64,000 nt of DNA from a virus: IMG/VR virus record IMGVR_UViG_3300045988_115788. One strand, written 5' to 3'. The notes below the pieces were generated by a model. The model was not told the origin of the DNA, did no database searches, and saw nothing but the letters and a program-made list of their open reading frames with translations. Positions 54,453 to 63,866 of this stretch are shown one piece after another; positions within the stretch are counted from its first letter, which is position 1, and each line of letters begins with the position of its first letter. A program made the translations under genes and the position numbers.

Positions 54453-55130
54453 TTAAAGAAATAGTACATTAGTTGCAATAGTATCGTCTGACATATCTAA
54501 ATCGCCGCCATCAATATCTCCAATGGTAAGCTGTTTATCTTTATCAAAGATAATACTTTTTTTATCTGTTTTTATAGATAATACATTGTTTGTAAAATCC
54601 AATCCATCCCCTGTTGCAAGCGTAGTTTCACTTGAAACTGGTATATCGCTAATTTCATACTCTTTCTTTTTGCTATCCCATAGCTTCCAGTATCCTGAAC
54701 TATCTGGAATAGGTGGATGTTGATATAATTCATCCAAATTACTTTCAATTTGATAAAATTCAGAAGGGAGAGGCCCTTTCTCTTGATAAGCAGAACAATA
54801 ACCTAATACAGGTTTTTTAATCCATGCTTCAAATTTATCGCTTAAAAAAACTTTATCATCATTGATTCGTCTTAGTTGAAACAAGCATTTGCCAACAGGG
54901 AGTTGACCGGCAGTGAATATATAATAATATTCGCCTAATTCATCATTGTAATTTAAACTTATAGTGTTATGATAAATACACCCGTCTTGCTTTGATTCAA
55001 CGTCCAATTTATAGTTACCAGGAACATCAACAACGCAAGAAAAAGTATCTACCAAATTATCAGTCTCAAAACCAATTACTCTATCATTAAAAAGGTAAGT
55101 GATTTTGCGACCTTTAAGCTCAACTCGCAT
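54453..55130 (-). CDS. structural hypothetical protein
   Basis: 225-aa ORF in the fibre cluster; C-terminus TIGDIDGGDLDM. Confidence 0.55.
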   Translation of the reverse strand: MRVELKGRKITYLFNDRVIGFETDNLVDTFSCVVDVPGNYKLDVESKQDGCIYHNTISLNYNDELGEYYYIFTAGQLPVGKCLFQLRRINDDKVFLSDKFEAWIKKPVLGYCSAYQEKGPLPSEFYQIESNLDELYQHPPIPDSSGYWKLWDSKKKEYEISDIPVSSETTLATGDGLDFTNNVLSIKTDKKSIIFDKDKQLTIGDIDGGDLDMSDDTIATNVLFL

Positions 55131-55231
55131 CTTCGTTCCGCCTCCTTTTATGAAGAAGTTAAAAAATAAGGGGAGAATGTTTATCCTCCCCTTAAAGTTA
55201 TTTTATATTAAATTGTATATTAAGTTTTCAA

Positions 55232-56851
55232 TTAAGCAATTTCACCAGCATCAATATCGCCAACAGAAATAACACCTGCGGCAACAGTGATAGAAGTACC
55301 ATCGGGCTTAACAGCACCAGCAACAGCAGTAGAAGCAACATCCATAGTAATTCCGTTAGTAGAATTTAGACTTAGACCGTTGCCAGCAACAACCTTGGTA
55401 GAAACAACACGCTCATCAGAAATAGCAATGCCGTCACCAGCAGTATAAGCCTTTTCGGTAGCAACGAATAGACCATCAGTACCTAGAGATAGAGCATTAC
55501 CAGAAGCGGCAGAGATAGCAACCTTTACGGTAGGAGCAGTAGCTTCACCGGCGACAGTAATAGACTTATCTGCGGCAGTTACGGAAGCAACCTTACCATC
55601 TGCGGCAGTCTGAACCTTTGCAATTTCTTCCTGGGCATACTTCTTAACACCGTAAACAGTAGCCTTATCGGCAGCATCAGCGGTAGTACCTAGAACAGCG
55701 GCAGCGGCACCAGCTTCATCAAAAGCGCTCTTGGGCTGATAAGCGGCAGTGTCTAGGCCCTTAACAGCAACGTCAGTACCTTCAACAGCGATAGTGCCAT
55801 TAGTAGCACCAGTTGCAATGTCGCTATTCTGTAGGGCAGAATCAGCTAGACCTAGAGAAGCCTTAACACCAGCGGCAAGCTTTTCTAGGGTGATAGAACC
55901 ATCGGTAATAGTGGCAGTAACCTTGTGGTCTTCAGAAACAGCAATAACGACCATATCATCTGCCTGAGAGCCAGAAGTAACATACTCAATTAGGTCAGCA
56001 ACATTGATATAAATCTTATCAGAAGTCTTGTTAGCAATGGTTAGCTCAATGTAAGTACCAGGGGTCTGACCTTCAGGATTGACAACAACCTTACCAGACT
56101 CAACAACCATGTCTTTAGGAATGTTGATGGAGGCGCCAACATTAGCGCCATCCTTCTGTAGGTTATAGACTGCGGCAAAATCACCAGAATCTTCAGCCTT
56201 AACAATGGTATAAGTAGAGGCGGCAGGAATGGTTACGGATAGACCGGCGGCACCAAGAGTTAGAGCATTGCCTACGGCAGGGTCTACCTTAACAGCAACA
56301 GTAGGTTCAGTGACAGAGCCACCAACAGTTACAGAAGTGTCGCCAGCCTTAACAGCATTTACAACTTCCTTCTTTAGATTTGCGGCGGCTTCAGTGGCGG
56401 CACCAGCAACATCAAAGTATTCAACATCCTTTGCGGAAGCAGTGCCAAGGCCAGTAATCTTGGAAGCAGGAATGTCGAACTTTAGGTCTTCTAGGGCTAG
56501 GTCAGCACCTTCAGTGACGCGGCCCTTTGCATCAACAGTAACCTTACCATAAGTACCAGCAGTAACGCCAGAAGCGGCTAGTTCTAGTACAAGATTAACT
56601 GCGGCAGTGCCATCAAAATCTACGGCAGGAGCAGTAGCATCGCCAGAAATGGAGAAAGCACGAGCAACAGCTAGCTTTGCGGCTTGGTCAGCAGTGCCAC
56701 CATCGGGGTTAATGATTACATTACCAGCAGTAGTACCATTAGTACCAATGTATAGCTTGCCAGTGTCACGGGCAAAAGCAAATTCACCAGCCTTTAGAGC
56801 GGTTGCGAGTACAGCGGCGGATAGACCTCTTTTAATTTGAATAGTCTGCAT
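55232..56851 (-). CDS. tail fibre protein (Ala/Gly/Thr/Val-rich, repeat-containing)
   Basis: Starts at MQTIQIKRG. Has repeated ...GNALTLGAAGLSV / GNALSLGTDGLFV / GNGLSLNSTNGITM motifs and a locally raised GC. Confidence 0.7.
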   Translation of the reverse strand: MQTIQIKRGLSAAVLATALKAGEFAFARDTGKLYIGTNGTTAGNVIINPDGGTADQAAKLAVARAFSISGDATAPAVDFDGTAAVNLVLELAASGVTAGTYGKVTVDAKGRVTEGADLALEDLKFDIPASKITGLGTASAKDVEYFDVAGAATEAAANLKKEVVNAVKAGDTSVTVGGSVTEPTVAVKVDPAVGNALTLGAAGLSVTIPAASTYTIVKAEDSGDFAAVYNLQKDGANVGASINIPKDMVVESGKVVVNPEGQTPGTYIELTIANKTSDKIYINVADLIEYVTSGSQADDMVVIAVSEDHKVTATITDGSITLEKLAAGVKASLGLADSALQNSDIATGATNGTIAVEGTDVAVKGLDTAAYQPKSAFDEAGAAAAVLGTTADAADKATVYGVKKYAQEEIAKVQTAADGKVASVTAADKSITVAGEATAPTVKVAISAASGNALSLGTDGLFVATEKAYTAGDGIAISDERVVSTKVVAGNGLSLNSTNGITMDVASTAVAGAVKPDGTSITVAAGVISVGDIDAGEIA

Positions 56852-56930
56852 AATATCAAACTCTTTTATAAAAATATTTTTATAATTAGCTTTAAGTGAA
56901 ATCTTAATCACAAAAAGCTATTTTTTAATT

Positions 56931-57131
56931 TTAAACAATCTCACCAGCATCTAGTTCAATGTTTTGGTGAGCTTTTTTATCATCATTGTGTTTATTTATA
57001 GCCACGACAATACTGCCGCCACCACCAGAATCAATAGAATTTAATACTGGTTGACCATATCTGTTTTTAGTAATATAAAATTGCTCACTGTTCAAGAAAA
57101 AGTTACCGCCAGGAGCTTTTACTTCGGCCAT
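56931..57131 (-). CDS. small fibre-associated protein, paralog of 53705-53980
   Basis: ATG at 57131 after AAAGGTGG. Ends in ELDAGEIV, like the fibre C-terminus DIDAGEIA. Confidence 0.55.
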   Translation of the reverse strand: MAEVKAPGGNFFLNSEQFYITKNRYGQPVLNSIDSGGGGSIVVAINKHNDDKKAHQNIELDAGEIV

Positions 57132-57221
57132 TAAAACGACCACCTTTCTTAACTCTGTACAAAGTTTTTATAGATTCTATATAAACTTAGCAAGCGGTAC
57201 CTCTCGCCAAGATAATTTTCT

Positions 57222-57533
57222 TTATTCTTCTGGCGCATTTACTTTTTTAGACATAGAGCATAGGTCATCAATTAGTTTAGACACTGCCTCCATGTCAATA
57301 TCATAATTAACTTCATTAGCAGAAGCCTTAATCATAGCAAGAACATACTGTTTCTTTTCTGCACCAGATTCGTATTGCTTTTCGGCCTCTTCCATGTATT
57401 TCATCACAAGATTCAGCACAATAGACCAATTCTTTTCTTTTACTGCTTTCTGAATATATCTTACAAGAGCAATAATAAGAGGAATAGTCGTTGCAATGCC
57501 GCTAAGAATAGAAATTACAATGTTAATATCCAT
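57222..57533 (-). CDS. putative holin (N-terminal TM)
   Basis: MDINIVISILSGIATTIPLIIALV is a TM segment; lies just downstream of the endolysin gene in the direction of transcription. Confidence 0.45.
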   Translation of the reverse strand: MDINIVISILSGIATTIPLIIALVRYIQKAVKEKNWSIVLNLVMKYMEEAEKQYESGAEKKQYVLAMIKASANEVNYDIDMEAVSKLIDDLCSMSKKVNAPEE

Positions 57534-57547
57534 ATATATTACCTCTT

Positions 57548-57877
57548 TTAAATAGTAGGTTCATTATAATCATTTATTTTAAACTCATTTGCTTTAGCTA
57601 AAGCATAAGAAATGCCATCGCCGTCTGCGCTTGTATTTTCATCTCTGTTTTTATCTACAATACGACTTAAAACAATACTACAAGCAGTTCCAATAGGTGT
57701 AAATACAATAGTCCAACAATAAAGGCTACCCGTATAATCCATACCAATACACTTAATAGCTAAATAAAAGCCGCCAGCTAAACCAAATGCTAAAAATAAA
57801 AGAATATAAACAGCTAGTCGATTTGTAAACCCTAACCGCTTAAAATGATTTCTTATTCTATGTTTTCTTTTAGCCAA
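57548..57877 (-). CDS. putative holin / membrane protein (2-3 TM)
   Basis: Hydrophobic segments LAVYILLFLAFGLAGGFYLAI and WTIVFTPIGTACSIVL; sits next to the endolysin. Confidence 0.45.
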   Translation of the reverse strand: MAKRKHRIRNHFKRLGFTNRLAVYILLFLAFGLAGGFYLAIKCIGMDYTGSLYCWTIVFTPIGTACSIVLSRIVDKNRDENTSADGDGISYALAKANEFKINDYNEPTI

Positions 57878-57878
57878 C

Positions 57879-58673
57879 TTAAATCAGCCCTTTTCTCCCC
57901 ATAACCGCAATAAATTCATCACGCTTTAAGAATCCTTCAGGCGCTTCACCATTAACTAGCTTCTGTTGAGTTGCTTTATTCCAATGCCCTTCTTGCTTAG
58001 ACCAATCAGGTTCAGGCTTAGAAGCAACGTATTGAGAAGCCTTTTGTAACAGTGTATATGCCTGTTCAGGAGTCATTTCTTTAATGAAAGTATTTATATC
58101 CATGTCTTCTTCAACCTCCTCTACGGGCTTTGTAGTGGCCTGTAAACGCTTATTTACTTCTGCCGCAATCTCACCATATTTACTGAACAAATAATTACCA
58201 GGACAAGACTTGTCTGGCCTAGTGTATCTATGTGGCACCATATTGCATGCCGCCCAATTACCTGTAAAAGCTGGACAATATTGCTTTCCTTCTTTCCAAA
58301 TAAGCTTCTTGATGCCATTACGTTTACAAATATCCACACATAAATTGATTAGAGCAACGTATGCTTTTTTAGTACATTCATAAGGTTCTTTATAACTTTG
58401 AATACTAGATACTTCAATAGTAACTACTTCATGGTCTACTTTATGGCTTGTACACCAAGCACGATTTTCTTCAAGAACATATTGACCAATTCTACCATCT
58501 GGCCCAATACCATAATGAGAAGAAGCTTTTCTTTGTTGAAAAACTTGTCCACAACCTTCAACAGAACCAGGCCCCGCCATAGTATGAATACTGATGCCCT
58601 TAATCCGGCCTTGTCTAGGCTTTGTACAATGAGGTGATAGTTTAGTATAATTTACTAATTTACTTTGAGACAT
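57879..58673 (-). CDS. N-acetylmuramoyl-L-alanine amidase endolysin (Amidase_2/PGRP type)
   Basis: IKGISIHTMAGPGSVEGCGQVF...SSHYGIGPDGRIGQYV...RAWCTS. Start taken at MSQSK. Confidence 0.75.
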   Translation of the reverse strand: MSQSKLVNYTKLSPHCTKPRQGRIKGISIHTMAGPGSVEGCGQVFQQRKASSHYGIGPDGRIGQYVLEENRAWCTSHKVDHEVVTIEVSSIQSYKEPYECTKKAYVALINLCVDICKRNGIKKLIWKEGKQYCPAFTGNWAACNMVPHRYTRPDKSCPGNYLFSKYGEIAAEVNKRLQATTKPVEEVEEDMDINTFIKEMTPEQAYTLLQKASQYVASKPEPDWSKQEGHWNKATQQKLVNGEAPEGFLKRDEFIAVMGRKGLI

Positions 58674-59343
58674 TAAAAGCACCATCCAACTTATTAACAA
58701 TATTATTCATTTGTTCTTGTGCGGCAGTAAGCATCTCATTCATTTTAGCCTTAAAAGTATCATTTAGTTCTTCGCCATATTGTACACCATACACCTTATT
58801 AGGTTCAGTATAAGTTTTCATTTGAGCTTTTAACATGTTGAAATAAGTGGTATGATAAGTAACGTGTGTCTTATAAGCCATATATAGTTCAGTAATAGAT
58901 TTTGCATCCATTACAGCACATTCTTCACCATCTGCATGATAAGGGAAAGAATTTGCACCAAGAACAATGGAATTAAACATAGAATCAATATTAGTTTGGT
59001 CGGCGGCAGTTAGAGAATAATGCTTGCCATTATAATCAATACCATCAATAATAGTTTTATTGCAAATGGCAGAAAGTTCAACACATTTCTTATCCATTGC
59101 TTCACCCAAATAGTCAAATTTAGGCAGTTGTTTAAGAGTTTCTTCATCTACTTCTCGAATTTCTACACTTTCAGGACAGCCAATTCCGTTAGTACCTAAA
59201 ATATTATAAGCAACAGACATAAACGCAACGCCCTTTGGATTGCTGGATTTATCTTGCCCATAACATCCATTGTCTTGTAGCTTAATATAATTTAGTTCAT
59301 CAGTAGTACCTATTACCAAATTATTTCGGATAATTGCATACAT
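58660..59343 (-). CDS. DUF4376-like protein (fibre-assembly/chaperone-like), paralog of 63246-63866
   Basis: FPYHADGEECAVMDAKSITELY...VTYHTTYFNMLKAQM versus YPYHADGELCELYSANNIKLI...KLYHLTYCNHLMSWI. Confidence 0.5.
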   Translation of the reverse strand: MYAIIRNNLVIGTTDELNYIKLQDNGCYGQDKSSNPKGVAFMSVAYNILGTNGIGCPESVEIREVDEETLKQLPKFDYLGEAMDKKCVELSAICNKTIIDGIDYNGKHYSLTAADQTNIDSMFNSIVLGANSFPYHADGEECAVMDAKSITELYMAYKTHVTYHTTYFNMLKAQMKTYTEPNKVYGVQYGEELNDTFKAKMNEMLTAAQEQMNNIVNKLDGAFNVSK

Positions 59344-59365
59344 TAAATAAACCAGTCCTTTCCGA

Positions 59366-59776
59366 TTAAATTTTTTGACAAATTGTCAAAATACGTTCTA
59401 GTTCTTCGATAGGTGCTTCATAAAAATCTTTACTCCACACCCAAAAGTCACTATGTTCTGCGCGGCGATATTTAGTTAAAGATTCATCTTCCCATAGTAA
59501 ATTCCAACGCTCTTGATGCTTCTTTTGATTAAAGGCCCTGTCTTTGTTAAGACGTTTTAGAATCTTGTCAATTAGTTCGCCACGAAGAAGTCCTTTGTTG
59601 TCGTTATTGATTGCAAAATAATCATAAGCATTTTGAGATGTATTGTAACATAGCGGCCCATTTTCGTTTGAAATAAGACCATTAGTTTCTGTACAAAGCG
59701 TTGCATAAGGCAGATTAACCATGCCTTGAAGTGCTTTTTGATTAAATCTCTTTTTTACAATATAATTATTTTTCAT
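59366..59776 (-). CDS. hypothetical protein immediately downstream of the DGR RT
   Basis: ATG at 59776 lies 1 nt after the RT stop, with a GAAAGGA RBS. Confidence 0.55.
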   Translation of the reverse strand: MKNNYIVKKRFNQKALQGMVNLPYATLCTETNGLISNENGPLCYNTSQNAYDYFAINNDNKGLLRGELIDKILKRLNKDRAFNQKKHQERWNLLWEDESLTKYRRAEHSDFWVWSKDFYEAPIEELERILTICQKI

Positions 59777-59777
59777 T

Positions 59778-61184
59778 TTATTCCTTTCTAATTTGCGGCT
59801 CATTTAAAATATCGTGTATTTTATCAAAGATGTCCATAGGCTTAGATTTCATTTTAGCAAGATAATCTTTTCGTTCGCAAAGAGGTATGAATCCATTATA
59901 CATCATCGACTCAATTTTCTTTGATTGAAGGTCAAGAAAAATCTTTAATTGTTTTTTAGAACAATAATAGACCCAACCACAATAATCATTCCAAACATAT
60001 TTGATATAACATTTAAAAGGTTTATTTTGTTGACTCAAATATTGAATGAAAGTAGATACAAACTTTTTATCCATATTATATATGGTTCGATAGCAACCAA
60101 AATGTTTTGCATAGCCTCTCCAACATTGGTATGTTACACAAATATCATCTATTGACATTTTTCCCTCGTCAGCCCATTTCTTGAAAATTTTTAATTTTCT
60201 TCTAATTCTTTTAAGACTATCTTTATTCAATTTTGTTACGATTTTTCCACTATCTGTCAAAGTAAATCTAATTTTCAAAAAAGTAAAACTATGGTGCTTA
60301 AAAGGAGTTATGCGATTTTTCTTTTCGTTTATTTTTATGCCAACAGAATTGGCTAATATTTCAACAAAATTTTTTATCTCTTTTAGTTCTTCAAAAGAAT
60401 TGCTGATTACATAACCATCATCCATATATCTGCCATAACCTTTTATGCGAAAAACATCTTTAATGTAATGGTCTATAAGATTAGCATAATCTAAAGCAAT
60501 ATTTTGTGATATTGGACTGCCTAATCCAACTCCAAATGGCCCCTTAGAATCATGTAAAGTAAGAAATTCATCAATAAATTTATCTCCAAGAACAATCAAC
60601 TGTCTATCTTTTATATATTTTCTTAATTCCATTTTTGCACCTTCATGCGGAATTGAAGCAAAATATTTAGAAAAATCATATTGATAAATGCCTCCTTTAT
60701 AACCATACTTTCTATAATGATGCCGCAGTTGCTTTTTTAGCATCTGTATGGCAAAGTGGATACCTTTATTTTTCAACGAAGCTGAATTAGTTGAAACAAA
60801 ACTTTTAGAATAAGCTTCTGTCATTATTTCGTTGCAAAAACACTTTTGAACCGCTCTATCTTCAATATTCAAAGCATGTATGTCTCTTATTTTTCCATGC
60901 TCATTTGTTTTAAAGAAGCAAAAGCCATGAAATTTATAGGCATTAGCATCCATCTTTTTCTTTAATTCAAAAGACCTTATTAACAATTCATTTTCAAAAT
61001 TTTGTACTGAAGTTTTCCATCTAACTCCTTTACAACATTCTTTTGATGCTCTATATAAATTTTCAAAAGAATAAACTTCATCATAACTTTTATTTACTAT
61101 ATTTCTTTTCTTTAAATCTCTTTTTGCTTTACGCCTTAAATATCTTTTCTCATGGCGCTCTTTACTTGTCAGAATTTTCACCAC
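59778..61184 (-). CDS. DGR reverse transcriptase
   Basis: RT motifs IYQYDFSKYFASI, GLGSPISQNIALDY (DGR-type SQ motif) and GRYMDDGYVI (YMDD). Adjacent TR and avd. Confidence 0.9.
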   Translation of the reverse strand: MVKILTSKERHEKRYLRRKAKRDLKKRNIVNKSYDEVYSFENLYRASKECCKGVRWKTSVQNFENELLIRSFELKKKMDANAYKFHGFCFFKTNEHGKIRDIHALNIEDRAVQKCFCNEIMTEAYSKSFVSTNSASLKNKGIHFAIQMLKKQLRHHYRKYGYKGGIYQYDFSKYFASIPHEGAKMELRKYIKDRQLIVLGDKFIDEFLTLHDSKGPFGVGLGSPISQNIALDYANLIDHYIKDVFRIKGYGRYMDDGYVISNSFEELKEIKNFVEILANSVGIKINEKKNRITPFKHHSFTFLKIRFTLTDSGKIVTKLNKDSLKRIRRKLKIFKKWADEGKMSIDDICVTYQCWRGYAKHFGCYRTIYNMDKKFVSTFIQYLSQQNKPFKCYIKYVWNDYCGWVYYCSKKQLKIFLDLQSKKIESMMYNGFIPLCERKDYLAKMKSKPMDIFDKIHDILNEPQIRKE

Positions 61185-61463
61185 TTTTTATTTTAATTTT
61201 TTCGTATAATTTTTAGTTTTGTTAAAAACTAAGATAATTTGCTAATTACATAACTGGTACCTATGAAATTTGTCTAAAATTATCAAACAACAAACCATGC
61301 AAGAAGCGTCCAGGACACAGTATCGAAAAAATAATTTAGGATGCCAAAGCAGAGCCAAGGATATTTCCCCCTTCTATGAAAAGATTATTTTCACCTAGCA
61401 AAAACTAGGTTACTTCTCAATCCCAGTAGCCATCTATAACCAAAAAATGGCGGCTACTATTGG

Positions 61464-61568
61464 CATAGAATCAGGGGGGCCACCGCATTGCAATTCCGCG
61501 AGTTGTTGTTGTTCGCCGAACCATCAGTGTTCACATTGCAGAAGTTGTTGGAGTTGTCGGAATACGGA
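61464..61568 (-). repeat. DGR template repeat (TR), AAC/AAT-rich
   Basis: Coding sense reads PYSDNSNNFCNVNTDGSANNNNSRNCNAVAP. 26 adenines by hand count. Noncoding position between avd and RT. Confidence 0.85.
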
Positions 61569-61595
61569 AACGGGAAATACCCTATTTTTTATTTA

Positions 61596-62054
61596 TTATT
61601 CTTTTAATTCATTTTGATACTTTTTATATCTTTTCTTTGTGTCTTGTATTACACCCGAAATCAATTTCCTTTCGGTTGTTATTAAATCTACCCAATCTTG
61701 AAAAATATTATTTGCCTGCTCTTTCGTCCCAAGAAAATTATTTCCTTCTCTTATATATTCATATACGGTTGAAACCATAAAAGTTAAAGCATAAATTTTA
61801 GACCTTGCAATATATAAATGAGATAATCTTTTTTCATACTCTTCTTGAGACATGGTTTTACTTATATAATAAGAATTTGCTTGAAAAACACTAAGACTAA
61901 TATCTCGTGTCAAATTATATAAATCTTGATACATATTAAATTTATAAGATTTTGGAAACTTTTTAGATAATTTTATAGTAAAAATAAAAAGTTTCTTTGC
62001 TGTAGTTAAAAACTCCGCTTTAGAAGGATTTCTTTGTGCTTTATATACAGACAT
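61596..62054 (-). CDS. avd: DGR accessory variability determinant (Avd, four-helix-bundle type)
   Basis: 152-aa basic helical protein between the target gene and TR, the canonical DGR position. Confidence 0.7.
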   Translation of the reverse strand: MSVYKAQRNPSKAEFLTTAKKLFIFTIKLSKKFPKSYKFNMYQDLYNLTRDISLSVFQANSYYISKTMSQEEYEKRLSHLYIARSKIYALTFMVSTVYEYIREGNNFLGTKEQANNIFQDWVDLITTERKLISGVIQDTKKRYKKYQNELKE

Positions 62055-62086
62055 ATTTTATTAAATTCCTTTTCTTCTTGATGTAT

Positions 62087-62114
62087 GCCCTGCCACGCTT
62101 GCGCGAAGCAGGGC
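62087..62114 (-). other. GC-rich hairpin just downstream of VR2
   Basis: gccctgc / gcagggc 7-bp stem, about 16-43 nt past the target-2 stop codon. Confidence 0.5.
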
Positions 62115-62129
62115 TTTGGATTTTACAGA

Positions 62130-63227
62130 TTAAACATAGAAGCAGGGGGCCACCGCATCGCAATACCGCGAGTTGGTGCCGGACGCCGAACCACCAGTGT
62201 GCACAAAGCAGAAGTAGCCGGAGTTGCCGGAATACGGACTCCTGTTCCACCAATATACAGCACTGTTAGTGTTATTATATTCATATCTAACTTTACTATT
62301 CCCGTTTTTATAATAGTCATACTGTTGTTGTTTGTTTTGTTCATAACTATTAGCGTATTTTCTAGTACCATGAACCTCAAATTCTGCTTCAAGACAAATT
62401 GTTTCAGTTGTTGCAGTTACATAAGAAGAGTTGCTACCACCGCCGCCACCTGTATTATCAGTATACTTCGTAACTGTCTTTAACACATTTTGAAGGTCAG
62501 TAGGTAAAACATCTTTAATTGCAGGAATAATTGTAGAACGCATATAACAACCTTCCCAACCTCCAACATTTGTATCGCTATCACCATAAGACATAGAGAA
62601 ATAACCAGAAGAAGTTATTGGATATTGTTCATATTTGGAATCAATTAGTCCAACAGTTTCGTTATTAACCTTGCCAATACAAAAGTGAATACGATTATTC
62701 CCTTCGATTTCTGCATTGTGGTTAATACCTAAGATATAAGCATCAATAGATAAATTAGAAAACGTAGTATTACCTACTTGCCCGTTAATAATAATCGTTT
62801 TTGTATCCCCTACATTCCAATAATTAGAAGCTTCTCCACTTGCGCTAATTTCACTAATAATGTTCCACGAATTATCATTAAGTGTAGCACTAACAACAGT
62901 AAAAGATATTTCATAAATCTTTAAAGCGTCTATTGTTATGTTTTGCGTTTTAGTAGTCCCTGAGATATTAGTAGAAACTAAATATTCTCCATATTGAAGA
63001 TTATCAAAAGTAGCAATGCCAGTTGTGTTAGTTACAGCTGTTGCGGTTTTAGCCCCACTTAAATTTACAACCTGTCCTGCTGCTCCACCGACAATAGCTA
63101 CATCAATTCTTGCTCCTCCTAAATTTTCCAAGTCTTTTATATTTTCTTTCACCGTGTTGGGATACAGTATATCATAACTATTAGAAGCTTCATTATACTC
63201 TCGCATAGTGATTAGATATTCTGCCAT
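62130..63227 (-). CDS. DGR target protein 2 (receptor-binding protein with C-terminal variable region)
   Basis: C-terminus ...PYSGNSGYFCFVHTGGSASGTNSRYCDAVAPCFYV is encoded by VR2. AAGGAGG RBS. Confidence 0.85.
   Translation of the reverse strand: MAEYLITMREYNEASNSYDILYPNTVKENIKDLENLGGARIDVAIVGGAAGQVVNLSGAKTATAVTNTTGIATFDNLQYGEYLVSTNISGTTKTQNITIDALKIYEISFTVVSATLNDNSWNIISEISASGEASNYWNVGDTKTIIINGQVGNTTFSNLSIDAYILGINHNAEIEGNNRIHFCIGKVNNETVGLIDSKYEQYPITSSGYFSMSYGDSDTNVGGWEGCYMRSTIIPAIKDVLPTDLQNVLKTVTKYTDNTGGGGGSNSSYVTATTETICLEAEFEVHGTRKYANSYEQNKQQQYDYYKNGNSKVRYEYNNTNSAVYWWNRSPYSGNSGYFCFVHTGGSASGTNSRYCDAVAPCFYV
62135..62238 (-). repeat. DGR variable repeat VR2 (with IMH-like 3' end)
   Basis: Aligns to TR with 15 differences (hand count), all at TR adenines in coding sense. 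Confidence 0.85.
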
Positions 63228-63245
63228 TGCACAACCTCCTTATTG

Positions 63246-63866
63246 TTATTTTTCTTCCATTTTTATTTTCAAAATTTTTTCCATATTTTCTTTTAAATCA
63301 TCAGGAAGTTCAATCCCATAATAAATTGACTTTAATTCTTTCATCTTGTTACATCTTTTAATCCAAGACATAAGATGATTGCAATAAGTCAAATGATAAA
63401 GTTTATGTTGAACAAAAGCATTACTAATTAACTTGATATTATTAGCACTATATAGTTCGCATAATTCACCATCAGCATGATAAGGATATTCTTTCATTCC
63501 ATTATTAACAGCATCTAATGCAGTTGCAATATTGATTTGGTCTGTTTCTTCCATAGAAAAATGTTTAACAGTTTCATTTTCTAATGTTACGTCGCAACCA
63601 GTAACAATAGCTTTACTACATTTATCAGAAACTTCTTCTAATTTTTGATTTCTTAAAGGAGAAATATCAATATTAAATACTGAAACAGGAATTAGTTTTT
63701 TAACAATATTATTTTCATCTAGTTCAATATTGACGAAAGGAAAAGTAGAAGGAATTTCAATTTCATCTGGGATTAAAGCATAACCTTCTGGCGGCGATAT
63801 TTCTATTTCAGTTACAAAATTCTCATGCGCCCCATTGATATATTCTTCTATTTTAATGTATCTCAT
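63246..63866 (-). CDS. DUF4376-like protein, paralog of 58660-59343
   Basis: ATG at 63866 after AAGGGGTG; contains the YPYHADGE motif. Confidence 0.5.
   Translation of the reverse strand: MRYIKIEEYINGAHENFVTEIEISPPEGYALIPDEIEIPSTFPFVNIELDENNIVKKLIPVSVFNIDISPLRNQKLEEVSDKCSKAIVTGCDVTLENETVKHFSMEETDQINIATALDAVNNGMKEYPYHADGELCELYSANNIKLISNAFVQHKLYHLTYCNHLMSWIKRCNKMKELKSIYYGIELPDDLKENMEKILKIKMEEK

Noticed and set aside
55749-56840. Plus-strand ORFs 55749-55967, 56229-56552 and 56607-56840 rich in Ala, Pro, Ser and Thr
   Set aside because: They are shadow ORFs on the antisense strand of the GC- and Ala-rich fibre gene. They have no RBS and are low-complexity.
59778-61184. RT as a retron, group II intron or Abi-type defence RT
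   Set aside because: The adjacent TR/VR pairs with adenine-specific differences, the Avd-like gene and the SQ-containing motif 4 fit a DGR. No msr/msd-like inverted repeats or intron domains were seen.
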